NCBI GenBank assembly: GCA_964016885.1
Contig: OZ024761.1
Span: 26,102,001-26,166,000 of the forward strand
Direction of reading: 5' to 3'
DNA length: 64,000 nucleotides
DNA from: Eledone cirrhosa
Lineage: Eukaryota
The notes under the pieces are model-generated. The model saw only the letters and a program-made list of their open reading frames with translations. It had not been told where the DNA came from and ran no database searches. Shown piece after piece: positions 1 through 11,829 of this stretch (the stretch's first letter is position 1; every line of letters starts with the position of its first letter). The translations under genes were made by a program, and so were the position numbers.

Positions 1-195
1 AGAATAGCCTAAGAAATCCTGAGTGTTTGAGGATTTAGGCAACTTAGGGTAGTAAGTAAGAGGGCAGTATGTGCTTAATACATTGCTACAATGGAGAAAA
101 TAGGGGTCTTTTCGGAGAGACCTACGAGTAGTTGTAAGGAAACGACCATTTGTAGGGGCTTCAGGATGAAATGGACGAGATATTCTCGGTCTTTT
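1..195 (-). CDS. Candidate coding exon of an unknown minus-strand gene (runs off the window edge)
   Basis: Minus-strand acceptor tttatatctatttcag| at 196-197, then 65 open codons (KRPRISRPFHPEAPTNGRFLTT...) to base 1. Phase-compatible with the candidate exon at 1623-1799. No recognisable homology. Confidence 0.3.
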
Positions 196-286
196 CTGAA
201 ATAGATATAAAATTATTATTGAAAATATGTTTATTATGTTTACATTTATAGTTAATTATATTTCTATGTAATAATAATTATTATAA

Positions 287-288
287 GT

Positions 289-374
<86 letters not shown>

Positions 375-890
375 CAGTAGTAGTAGTTTTGTTGGAGTTA
401 ATAGTAGTAGTAGTAATAAATAGTAGTAGTAGTAATATCAGTAGTAGTAGTAGTAGCAGCAGTAGTAGTTTTGTTGGAGTTAATAGTAGTAGTAGTAATA
501 AATAGTAGTAGTAGTAATATCAGTAGTAGTAGTAGTAGCAGCAGTAGTAGTTTTGTTGGAGTTAATAGTAGTAGTAGTAGTACAACTAGTAGTAGTAGTG
601 TTGTTGGAGTTAGTAGTAGTAGTAGTAGTAGTGTTGGTGGTGGTGTAGACAGTAGTAGTAGTAGTGGTGTTGGAGTTAGTAGTAGTATTAGTAGTAGTAA
701 TAGTAGTAGTAGTTTTGTTGGAGTTACTAGTAGTAGTAGCAGATACAGTAATAGTAGTAGTGGTGTTGGAGTTAGTACTAGTAGTAGTAGTAGTAGTTTC
801 AGTAGCAGCAGATGCAACAGTAGTAGTAGCAGTAGTAGTATTAGTAGCAGCAGATGCAGTAGTAGTAGTAGTATTAGTAGCAGAAGATGC

Positions 891-937
<47 letters not shown>

Positions 938-1007
938 CAGCAGATGCACTAGTAGTAGTATTAGTAGCAGCAGATGCACTAGTAGTAGTATTAGTAGCAG
1001 CAGATGC

Positions 1008-1061
<54 letters not shown>

Positions 1062-1080
1062 AGATATTTAGTTATTAGTA
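287..1080. repeat. (AGT)n/(AGC)n trinucleotide microsatellite, imperfect
   Basis: Visible tandem agt/agc runs; they explain the poly-S/L/V ORFs. A second block lies at 1318-1545. Confidence 0.95.
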
Positions 1081-1347
1081 ACACACAGTAGACATGGCTT
1101 TATGTAAGAAGGTCTCTATACAACTCAGTCTTGGCATCTGTCCCACAATGGTATCTTACCAATGAGAAATTTACTTCGAATTCCAACCTCAACAAAATGT
1201 TTATTTTCAAAATGACTGCCAAGTAAAACATAACAATGGGTCAACAGATTTATTAGTGGGAATGTGATGTGATGATCCCGTAACACCAGATGTAGCTTAT
1301 ATTGGTACAGTGTCGTGGTAGTAGTAGTAGTGGTGGTAGTAGTAGTA

Positions 1348-1430
<83 letters not shown>

Positions 1431-1622
1431 TTTGTTGGTGATAATAGTTGTAGTTGTGTTGGTGACAGTAGTAGTATAGGTGCTGGTAGTAGTAGTAGTG
1501 GCAGTAGTAGTCCTGATAGTAGTAGTAGTATTAGTAGTGGTTTTGTTGATGGTGAAATTACATTAAACTTGTCCTAATTTATCACAGGTAATATAAAATA
1601 TATATATAAATTGATTACATAC

Positions 1623-1799
1623 CACTTGGCATGACTTCGAATAAACCTGCATGGCGCCAGCAAGGTATGCAAAAGGTGCACCATTTAGAAACGGTTCGTA
1701 TAGATACGTTTCTACCGTATGACGGTGATCAAAGCAACATTCCATTCTCATATTGTGGTGTCCGTAACAACAGTTCATCTTAAGTTAATCGAAGTTCTG
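1623..1799 (-). CDS. Candidate ATG-containing exon (MNCCYGHHNMRMECCFDH...SKSCQV, 52 codons from ATG at 1778)
   Basis: Long polypyrimidine tract and ttgtag|cag (NAGNAG) acceptor at about 1800, donor |gtatgt at 1622-1617, non-repetitive sequence. No recognisable homology. Confidence 0.3.
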
Positions 1800-2189
1800 C
1801 TACAAGAAAATTATAATAGAAAAAGACAAAAAAAAAAAAAAAGATGAAAATACATGGATACATGGAGACAAGATGAATATTGGTCTGGTAAATAAAATGT
1901 TTTTAAAATATTGTGAAATTCACGACATGGGCGTTTGAATATTTTTCCCATAGTCTCATACACTACGACAGACAGATTTTGCATATATATATATATTATA
2001 TATATACATATATAGTTATCTAATAAACAACTTAAGATAATTATATCATTTTCCAATGGTTTCATTCATCAGAAAAAAAATGTATATATATAGTGGTGGA
2101 ACACTGTAAGGTAATATCCGTAGTGGTAGAGCACTCAGTCCATGGGACGAGTTAGGTAGAAGTGGTTACACAATAGTTAGTTCACCATA

Positions 2190-2229
2190 CCGAGAACAAT
2201 TGTTTCACCTTAGCGGATCCTCAGCTCGG
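2190..2229 (-). ncRNA. Minimal type-I hammerhead ribozyme (PLE terminal repeat, inverted copy)
   Basis: Minus strand reads ccgag CTGAGGA tcc-gctaa-ggt GAAA c-aatt-g TT ctcgg: 5-bp stem I, intact core, palindromic AATT loop III, predicted GUU cleavage. Confidence 0.85.
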
Positions 2230-2239
2230 AATGGGCATG

Positions 2240-3225
2240 ACTTAGCTTCTACCTTCAATGAGTTAGCCCTTATGAGAACAGTGGCCATCAACCTCTCTAG
2301 CGTAGATTTCTTAGACATTAATTTAGACCTTCGCACACACACCAACAGACCCTTCCATAAGCTAAACGAGATACTCAATTACATTCACAAGGACTCATGC
2401 CACCCTCCCACTGTTTTTAGAAACTTCGTTAATAATATCAGTACTAGAATCTCAAACCTCTCCTCTAATAAGGTTGTCTTTGACAGGGCCGCACCCTACT
2501 ATAACACAGCGTTGGCTAATAGCGGCTTCTCACAATCTATCACTTACTATCCCACTAGCAACAACACCATTAAGAAAAGTAAGCGCAATAATAGACAAAC
2601 TATCTGGATATCTCCTCCTTTCTCACTCAACGTTAAAACCAATGTAGGAAAAAAATGTCTAGCCCTCTTAGATAGACACTTCCCCATAGGTCATAAATAC
2701 CGCTCCATCTTTAACCGACACAAAGTTAAACTAGGATACTCCGGCGCTAAGAACATGAAGGCCCACATCACCAGCAGCCCTAGGAGCAACACGCCACCAG
2801 GGTGCTCTTGCCGTAAGCCTAAAGCTTACCCCCTTCAACAGCAATGCAACACACCAGCTGTAATTTATGAAGCTGTGGTCACTTCCAACCGACCAAACGA
2901 ACCACAGGAGGTCAAATCCAATGTGGGCATGGCGGAGGGCCGATTTAAGGAACGTTTCCTGAACCAACAATCTACCTTCTGGTACCCGGACAGACGTTCA
3001 TCCACGAAACTCGCGAGTCACGTATGGTCCCTCAAGGACTTAAGTATAGACTACTCCATTCAATGGGAAGCGATCACTAAGTCCAAGCTATACGTAAGGG
3101 GAAATCCGACGTGTGGCTTATGTATTTGCGAACGAATAACTATTCGAAAGAGATTACGCAATAGTGATTGCCTAAACACGAGAAATGAATTTTTCACACG
3201 TTGTCCACTCGTCGCCAAACACTGA
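2240..3225 (+). pseudogene. PLE polyprotein C-terminal part: RT thumb/linker plus GIY-YIG endonuclease (RT core missing)
   Basis: VDFLDINLDL, YIHKDSCHPP, WISPPFSLNVKTNVGK, IFNRHKVKLGYS, CSCRKPKAYPLQQQC (CxC-x5-[C]PL-x3-C linker), VIYEA...VGMAEGRFKERF, CGLCICE and LNTRNE are motifs typical of Naiad-clade PLEs. The first ORF residues come from the inverted terminal copy. Confidence 0.88.
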
Positions 3226-3415
3226 TTGCATAACTACAAGGCTGCGGACTGAATCTTTGTAATTTTATTTTCAACCTAAAAACCTTTTTGGACTTTCGCA
3301 GTTACCTCCCTTACACCTCTCATACGCAGTCTAGTATTGCCTGTGTGAAGTGACCGGGTTTCTACGCATGCTCGTTCGAACGGTTGTCCTTCCAGTTCCT
3401 ATAACAATGCCCATT

Positions 3416-3455
3416 CCGAGCTGAGGATCCGCTAAGGTGAAATAATTGTTCTCGG
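3416..3455 (+). ncRNA. Minimal type-I hammerhead ribozyme (PLE 3' end)
   Basis: ccgag CTGAGGA tccgctaaggt GAAA t-aatt-g TT ctcgg; one C>T change in stem III relative to the inverted copy. Confidence 0.8.
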
Positions 3456-3504
3456 TATGGTGAACTAACTGTTGTGTAACCACTTCTATAATATATATAG
3501 TGAA

Positions 3505-3620
3505 GGCGTGTGGCTGAGTGGTTAGAGAATCGGATTCGCAATCGTAAGGTTGTGAGTTCGATTCCTGGACCAGGCGATGCGTTATGTCCTTGAGCAAGAC
3601 ACTTTATTTCACGTTGCTCA
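3505..3620 (+). mobile_element. tRNA-derived SINE family 1, 3'-truncated
   Basis: A box gtggctgagtgg, B box gttcgattcc, then gtccttgagcaagacact core. Related copies at 20666, 34425, 37785 and 63905. Confidence 0.8.
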
Positions 3621-4745
3621 TTCTACCTGGAGTTGCGACCGATAGATAGTATTAGCAACTGAAAAGACCAACGGAAACATTGTTCTCTCGGTCCGATTTG
3701 ACGAAAGTCGATCGTTCCTTAATATATGTATATATATATATGTGTGTGTGTGTATACATCGCTGCACCGGGGCAGTAAGAAACAAACATCCACCGGGAAC
3801 TAGGGGCTAGCAAATTTCTTCCAGATAAGTATACATAGGGAGAGAACGGATATGAGAAAGATACAAAGAAAGAATGGACCCCAGTAGTGGGCTGTTACTT
3901 TTATTATCGACTTCGAATGTATTTAAGGGTGCAGTTGACATACAAGGATGCAATACTAGGGAGTACTGAGAGTGAGCTGGATTGCTATTTACCTCCTCTT
4001 GACTATCATTTGCTTTGTAGCTCTATACGGACATGTCAAGCAAACTTAGTCATAAAATACTTTTAACACATATTTTCATTTAATTTATACACTGAGAATG
4101 AATAAGAAAGAACATATATGGTAGAACACATCGTTATAACTAGAACTACGATGAATTAAACCTCATCATGAAATGTATGATCATCTGTGTTCGTATTTAT
4201 AAAAATCATATTCTTAAAATCGTATTCATAATATTCTAATTTAATTTATCAATCATTCAGAAAGAATCTATCAGCAAAGAAATTTTATTGAAGAACACAT
4301 CGTTATAATAGAAAAACGATGAATTAAAACGTACGTTCTCAACTAATACAAATATATGTCAACAAATAGGATTAGTGGCCTCAAACTGATTTTCTCTCTC
4401 TGATTGACTAAAATATTTATACATATATATCAGAATATTTATACATATATATCAGAATATTTATAAATATATATCAGAATATTTATAAATATATATCAGA
4501 ATATTTATACATATATATCAGAATATTTATAAATATATATCAGAATATTTATAAATATATATCAGAATATTTATAAATATATATCAGAATATACGATCAA
4601 TCTATATTTTGATTAAATAAAAAAAAAACATATGAATCTGGATCAGAAAATAAAAACAATCTTTAATATCGATCAATTCACAACTATTTTGAATTTTCAT
4701 TTGAAGTCACGCATTTATATATATATATATTTATATATATATATA

Positions 4746-4901
4746 GTAATAATAAATTTGAAGACTAAAATCCAAAGAGGGCTCGATAAGAATAAATGTA
4801 TATCAAATATATAAGAACCGTAGAGCAAATATTTATTAAAATAACAGATTAAAGTTTAAGCAAAGAATCGCTGCTTTCACCCTTAACGGGATCTTCTGAA
4901 A
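4746..4901 (-). mobile_element. PLE-like terminal fragment, family C, with a variant HHR (CAGAAGA core)
   Basis: Minus strand: ttt CAGAAGA tccc-gtta-agggt GAAA gca..tgc TT aaact, then tail with tatcgagccctc ending in (TA)n. Other copies at 6879-7037, 19641-19723, 22452-22875, 24963-25040 and 27677-27932. Confidence 0.65.
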
Positions 4902-5134
4902 GAATGGACCCCAGTATTAGGCTGGTACTTGCATTAGGTTGGCATCCTTCTATATCAACTACATTAGACATACAAGGATGAAATACTAATAAGTACTGAG
5001 TGGGCAGAATTACCAGTTACCTCCCCTTGACTGTCATGGCTTAGTAGCTCTATACGGACATATAATTGATTATATGAATACATAACTATTATGTAAATAT
5101 ATACACATTAATATATATATACAAAATACAATAA

Positions 5135-5165
<31 letters not shown>

Positions 5166-5316
5166 GGTATATATTTGTATGCCAAATATCATACCTATAT
5201 TTATGTATATATACACACACGCGCGCATATATATATATATACAAACACACACACACACACACACATATATATATTTATATATATATATATATATATACAA
5301 ACACACATATATATAT

Positions 5317-5355
<39 letters not shown>

Positions 5356-5404
5356 TATATACATACACACGCACACACATATATATACACACACACATAT
5401 ATAT

Positions 5405-5446
<42 letters not shown>

Positions 5447-6071
5447 CAGTTCCCGTCCCACCCTTCCAAGCAGGGAAAAGCGGACGTAAAGTGATGATGA
5501 TGATATAGATCCAATCGTTAATATCTGGATCGCAATCGTATTCTTAAAATCGTATTCATAATATTCTAATTTAATTTATCAATCTTTCACATGGAATAAG
5601 AAAAAAGACATTTTATTGAACAACACGTCGTTATAATAGAAAAACGATGAATTAAAACTCGTCATGAAATGTAAGATCATCTGAGATCTTTAAGAATTAA
5701 TTTGACAAAACCTGCAGATATCATTTGTATTTCACTGACTCATATCCAGTGATTACATTATAAACAAATGAATATTAAATAATTCATAAATCCTGCAAAC
5801 TGAGCAGAATTTAGTCCAGGTGTTAACTAGATCAATAGAGTGAATTGACTTTTCCTCCTTTTAATTCCCTAAAATAAGAGGTAATTCAAAGCTGGAAAGG
5901 AAAACCTTCAACGTGTACACATTTATTCGTTATAAATACAAATATATATAATGGAAAACATCCCATAACTCCACGTGGACTCATATGGTGTGTTTAGGAG
6001 TCCTTGAAACCTGGCGGAGCCCAACATTCTCCAGGTCTCAACACAAACATTTATTTTTCTATGGAGGGAGA

Positions 6072-6232
6072 ATGAACCCCAGTACTGAACTGGTACTTCT
6101 ATTTTTCGAGCTCGAAAGGATGAAAGGCAAAGTTGAGCGGGGCGGGATTTGAAATCGGAGCGAGCAATGAGGTGGGACGAATACCGTAAATCATTCTATC
6201 CCACGTCTTAACCACTCTGCCAATTCGCCGCC
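6072..6232 (-). mobile_element. tRNA-derived SINE family 2 (Nin/Deu-domain-like), diverged
   Basis: Reverse complement of ggcggcgaattggcag...ttcaaatcccgcc...ctttgcctttcatcc...gtaccag. Confidence 0.75.
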
Positions 6233-6730
6233 TGTATATATATATATACATACATACATCGATACATATTGACAACTGTATATCAGTATAATTTAAAATA
6301 TTTATCTTAAATTTTAACTGAATCAAGCGAACCAAACTGTTTCTCTGATTGACAAACATAACCAGGGATCAGATTAGAAAACCTACGTTCTCAACTAATA
6401 CAAATATATGTCAACAAATGGGATTAGTGGCCCCAAACTGATTTTCTCTCTCTGATTGACTAAGATATTTATACATATATATCAGAATATTTATAAATAT
6501 ATATCAGAATATTTATACATATATATCAGAATATTTATAAATATATATCAGAATATTTATAAATATATATCAGAATATTTATAAATATATATCAGAATAT
6601 ACGATCAATCTATATTTTGATTAAATAAAAAAAAACATATGAATCTGGATCAGAAAATAAAAACAATCTTTAATATCGATCAATTCACAACTATTTTGAA
6701 TTTTCATTTGAAGTCACGCATTTATATATA

Positions 6731-6810
<80 letters not shown>

Positions 6811-6811
6811 T

Positions 6812-6878
<67 letters not shown>

Positions 6879-7386
6879 GTAATAATAATAAATTTGAAGA
6901 CTAAAATCCAAAGAGGGCTCGATAAGAATAAATGTATATCAAATATATAAGAACCGTAGAGCAAATATTTATTAAAATAACAGATTAAAGTTTAAGCAAA
7001 GAATCGCTGCTTTCACCCTTAACGAGATCTTCTGAAAGAATGGACCCCAGTATTAGGCTGGTACTTGCATTAGGTTGGCATCCTTTTATATCAACTACAT
7101 TAGACATACAAGGATGAAATACTAGTAAGTACTGAGTGGGCAGAATTACCAGTTACCTCCCCTTGACTGTCATGGCTTAGTAGCTCTATACGGACATATA
7201 ATTGATTATATGAATACATAACTATTATGTACATATATACACATTAATATATATATATACAAAATACAATATGTATATGTGTATATATATATATATATAT
7301 AGGTATATATTTGTATTCCAAATATCATACCTATATTTATGTATATATACACACACACGCGCATATATATATATATATATAGACAA

Positions 7387-7422
<36 letters not shown>

Positions 7423-8102
7423 TTATATATATATATATATATATACAAACACACATATATATATACACACATATATATATATACACACACATATATATAT
7501 ACACACACACATATATATATACACACACACATATATATATATATCAGTTCCCGTCCCACCCTTCCAAGCAGGGAAAAGCGGACGTAAAGTGATGATGATG
7601 ATATAAAACCAATCGTTAATATCTGGGTCGCAATCGTATTCTTAAAATCGTATTCATAATATTCTAATTTAATTTATCAATCTTTCACATGGAATAAGAA
7701 AGACATTATATTGAAAAACACATCGTTATAATAGAAAAACGATGAATTAAAACTCGTCATGAAATGTAAGATCATCTGAGATCTTTAAGAATTAATTTAA
7801 CAAAACCTGCAGATATCATTTGGATTTAACTGGCTCATATCCAGTGATTACATGTATATCAGTATATTAAATGCTTGCAAAAAAATGAAAATTATTTATC
7901 TTAAATTTTAACTGAATCAAGCGAACCAAACTGTTTCTCTGCTTGACAAACATAATCAGAGATCAGATTAGAAAACGTACGTTCTCGACTAATACAAATA
8001 TATGTCAACAAATAGGATTAGTGGCCTCAAACTGATTTTCTCTCTCTGATTGAGTAAAACATAAACATGAAGAGGGATCGAAAACGTACATTCTCTACGT
8101 AC

Positions 8103-8160
<58 letters not shown>

Positions 8161-8202
8161 GATATTAAATAAATGGAAACTATATCTATAAAACCATATT
8201 TA

Positions 8203-8263
8203 TTTTATTATACATATTTCAGGGATACCAAATTAAAATATGGCATGCCTTCGTCAGATAAAA
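8203..8263 (-). ncRNA. Type-I hammerhead ribozyme, family D
   Basis: Minus strand: ttttat CTGACGA aggcatgcca..tggtatccct GAAA tatgta TA ataaaa. Lies in a family D fragment at 8161-8275 next to (TA)n. Confidence 0.75.
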
Positions 8264-8557
8264 TACAATATATAAACTTTTTTTATTTTTATTTTATTTA
8301 CTTGTTGTATCCCAACAATTTTAAATAAAACTTTTGCATATATATATATATATATATATATATTTGTGTGTGTGTGTGTGTGTATGTATTAATTATGTAG
8401 GAAAATTTATGCGGAAATATATATCAGAATATACGATCGACCCATATTTTTGGTTAAATAAACAAAACATATGAATCTGGATCAGAAAAATGAAAACGAT
8501 CTTTAACTATATCGATCAATTCACAACTATTTTGAATTCTCTTTTGAAGTCACACAT

Positions 8558-8655
<98 letters not shown>

Positions 8656-9767
8656 GTGTGTGCGTATATATATATATATATATAATATATATATATATAT
8701 ATACACACACGCATGTAAATATACATTTAAACGGAAATCACAGCATATAAAATACAAAATCATCTTAATTTACAATATGAAAAAAATATATGAAAAAAGC
8801 ATTATAACTTACATTTGGTTGTAAACGAGATCAAATTTCTCTCAGCGAAGGAAACAGCACTGAATAAACTTTTCACAACGAAGGGCGAAATACTTAATAA
8901 TTTCTCTTAATTCAGGGCGAAAGCTATATAATTCCTCTCAACGAAGGACAAAACGCAAAATAAATTTCTGTATAAAAGTTCGTAGCACGAGGCTTAATTT
9001 CTGGATCTTCTCTTAACAGAGGAAGAAGCAAGTGAATTAATAATATTTGCGAACGAGAGCAAATTGCAAGTCCTTCACTCAAAGAAGCAAGAAGCAAGTG
9101 AACTGAATATCAAAGTGCTACCTGTATGAAGGGCCCGGATAGATAGGAACAATAGTTGAACATGTGACATGTCATTAGCTTCACAAAGGGATCTAAACTA
9201 TCGTCCAATGAAATACGCCACAGGGACACCTGACGTCAATACTGTTTTCTTATTTATCAAATTTGCATATCAAAGGGGAAACAAAATATTTAGCTATCTA
9301 TCTATCTATGCTTCCACCGATCCCCCCTCTCTATCTCTCTATCTATCTATCTATCTATCGACCAATCTCTCTCTCTTTCTCTCTCTCTATCTCTCTATTT
9401 ATATATCTATATATCTCTATATATCTATGTATGCTATGACCAGTCTCTATCTATCTATTTATCTATCCCCCCTCTCTCTCTCACTCTATCTATCTATCTA
9501 TCTATCTCTCTATATATATCTATCTATCTATCTATGTGTCCTTCGACCAACCTCTCTCTCTTTCTCTCTCTTTATCTATATATATATATCTATGTATGCT
9601 ATGACCAGTCTCTATCTATCTATTTATCTATCCCCCCATCTCTCCCTCTCACTCTATCTATCTATCTATCTATATATCTATCTATCTATCTAGCTATCTA
9701 TCTATGTGTCCTTCAACCAACCTCTCTCTATTTCTCTCTCTCTCTCACTCTCTCTCTATCTCTCTCT

Positions 9768-9801
<34 letters not shown>

Positions 9802-10072
9802 CTATATCTCTCTGTCTATATATATCTATCTATCTCTGTATCCTTTGACCAATCTCTCTCTCTCTCCCTCTCTCTCACTCTCCATATATCTAGCTATCCT
9901 TCCAACAATCTCTCTCTCTCTCCCTATCTATCTACCGATCTATATCTCTATCTATCTATCTATTTAGCTTTGACTGTCTGCCTATCTATCTATTTGTCTT
10001 TATACCTCTCTATCTCTCTATCTCTCTAACTATATAGAAACATATATATATATATATATATATATCTAATTA

Positions 10073-10147
<75 letters not shown>

Positions 10148-10159
10148 ATACACACACAC

Positions 10160-10192
<33 letters not shown>

Positions 10193-10232
10193 TTTGTTTG
10201 TCTATCTTTCTATCTATCTCTCTCTCTCTCTA

Positions 10233-10270
<38 letters not shown>

Positions 10271-10290
10271 TACCCCCGATAGAAACCAGG

Positions 10291-10340
<50 letters not shown>

Positions 10341-10343
<3 letters not shown>

Positions 10344-10510
10344 CGAAGGAAATGTGGTAAGGAACCAGGTGGACCATAACGCACCAAAGTACTCAATACT
10401 TAGGGTAGTAGAGTGGGTAATAGGAACAAGTAAGACCCCTACGGCTGAGCTCAAGCCGTTTCGACGGCTAATAACGGCTTGAGCTCAGCCGTCGGGGTCT
10501 TACTTGTTCC
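10341..10510. mobile_element. Asymmetric fold-back element, family B (3' half of an HHR)
   Basis: Long arm with tail plus inverted short arm ending gttcc|tata, flanked by (TA)n. Confidence 0.8.
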
Positions 10511-10565
10511 TATATATATATATATATATACTGGCTTCTATCGGGAGTATATATATATATATATA

Positions 10566-10922
10566 CAATGATAATAAATAAATGGAAACAATATTTATAA
10601 AACCATATTTATTTTATTATATTTATTTCAAGAGTACCAAGACACATTGGTACGCTTTTCTCAGACAAAATTCAAAGTTTGTTTTATAAATAGAGACATA
10701 CCCATTTATAAAACAAACTTTGTATTTCATCTGATGAAAGTGTACCAATGTGTCTTGGTACCCTTGAAATATATATAATAAAAGAAATATGGTTTTATAA
10801 ATATAGTTTCCATTTATTTAATATCATTGAATATTTACTCCACTAACCTATTGAGTGCTCTAAATCAGTTATAAACATTTATATTTGTCGGACTTCCAAA
10901 AAATTAAATACCCCTTCTACTT
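10566..10922 (+). mobile_element. Asymmetric fold-back element, family D, with HHR at 10725-10783
   Basis: Arms of about 125 bp (10566-10691 / 10704-10830). Plus strand: tttcat CTGATGA aagtgtaccaa-tgtgtc-ttggtaccctt GAAA t-atat-a TA ataaaa. Tail contains tattgagtgctc; (TA)n on both sides. Confidence 0.8.
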
Positions 10923-11071
10923 ATATATATATATATATATATTTATCCTGATTTATCCATTTCTATATTAAATATATATATATGTGTGTGTGTGTGTTTG
11001 TGTGTCTGTGTGTGTGCGTTTGTTTATGTGCGTGTGTGTATCCCATGTGCACACACACACATATATATATA

Positions 11072-11120
<49 letters not shown>

Positions 11121-11123
<3 letters not shown>

Positions 11124-11168
11124 ATGTTGAAAAGGTAACACACTAGAGAGAGATATACAGTGCGCTAT

Positions 11169-11207
<39 letters not shown>

Positions 11208-11520
11208 ATGTTGAAAAGGTAACACACTAGAGAGAGATATACAGTGCGCTATCAATAATACAGGGAAGAATCCACCAGTGTATGGAATCTATAACCTATG
11301 AAAGGCAGACTATAGACACGATAATTAAAAATATAAATTAAAGCGTAAATATTTACCTCTATAACTATATAACACACGTACAATTCCAATAGCGCACTGT
11401 ATATCTCTCTCTAGTGTGTTACCTTTTCAACATATTGTATTTTAAAGAGCTCACGATTTCTTCTCCTTTGAGCACATTATTTACAGGGAATGGCGAGACA
11501 CTATGGCTCCGTTAATTTAT

Positions 11521-11525
<5 letters not shown>
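11121..11525 (+). mobile_element. Asymmetric fold-back element, family E (short arm duplicated; no HHR seen)
   Basis: atatgttgaaaaggtaacacactagagagagatatacagtgcgctat occurs twice (about 11122 and 11207) and inverted at about 11389-11435. Tail contains tttgagcac and ends in (TA)n. Confidence 0.65.
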
Positions 11526-11592
<67 letters not shown>

Positions 11593-11675
11593 GTTATTCC
11601 GGGTTGAATCGGAGGTAACCACAGTAAGTAAGGTACTCAATACATAGCAGAGTATAAAGGTTTTAATATAGATGA

Positions 11676-11724
11676 GATTCTACAGGACTAGAACTGTTTC
11701 ATTCTTTAGAAATCATCAGGAATC
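11676..11724 (-). ncRNA. Type-I hammerhead ribozyme, family A (minus arm)
   Basis: Exact reverse complement of 11731-11779. Confidence 0.85.
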
Positions 11725-11730
11725 TCATCT

Positions 11731-11779
11731 GATTCCTGATGATTTCTAAAGAATGAAACAGTTCTAGTCCTGTAGAATC
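11731..11779 (+). ncRNA. Type-I hammerhead ribozyme, family A (plus arm)
   Basis: gattc CTGATGA t-ttc-taaa-gaa-t GAAA cag-ttctagtc-ctg TA gaatc: stems I, II and III pair, core canonical, predicted GUA cleavage after 11774. Confidence 0.88.
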
Positions 11780-11795
11780 TCATCTATATTAAAAC

Positions 11796-11824
<29 letters not shown>

Positions 11825-11829
<5 letters not shown>

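Larger units (their letters stand above)
2092..3489 (+). mobile_element. 5'-truncated Penelope-like retroelement (Naiad-type) with an inverted 5' copy of its 3' end
   Basis: ORF with RT C-terminus and GIY-YIG endonuclease. 2157-2238 is the reverse complement of about 3407-3488. An HHR lies in both copies and both ends abut (TA)n. Confidence 0.9.
4328..8060. repeat. Local tandem duplication (about 2.05 kb unit plus partial third copy) containing a 22-bp minisatellite
   Basis: Anchor aac(g/c)tacgttctc(a/g)actaatac at about 4328, 6379 and 7974. 4330-5755 matches 6382-7850 including the same microsatellites. (atatatatcagaatatttataa)n at about 4412-4592 and 6463-6602. Confidence 0.9.
11591..11795. 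mobile_element. Asymmetric fold-back element, family A, with two intact head-to-head HHRs
   Basis: Arms about 11660-11724 / 11731-11795; tail 11591-11659 contains gtactcaata; (TA)n on both sides. Confidence 0.85.

Noticed and set aside
2049-2078. Minus-strand CTGATGA-AT-GAAA motif
   Set aside because: No stem II and no UH cleavage site; at best a decayed remnant.
3223-3251. In-frame TGA near the PLE ORF end as possible selenocysteine (reported for some Naiads)
   Set aside because: It falls at KH*L, not at a conserved Cys position, and I saw no SECIS; a nonsense mutation or true stop is more likely.
3505-3580. tRNA gene-like A/B boxes (also at other SINE heads)
   Set aside because: They continue into SINE core sequence and lack a complete cloverleaf.
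9200-9240. CCAAT plus TGACGTCA as a promoter for the left-edge gene
   Set aside because: Short motifs expected by chance; no transcript evidence.
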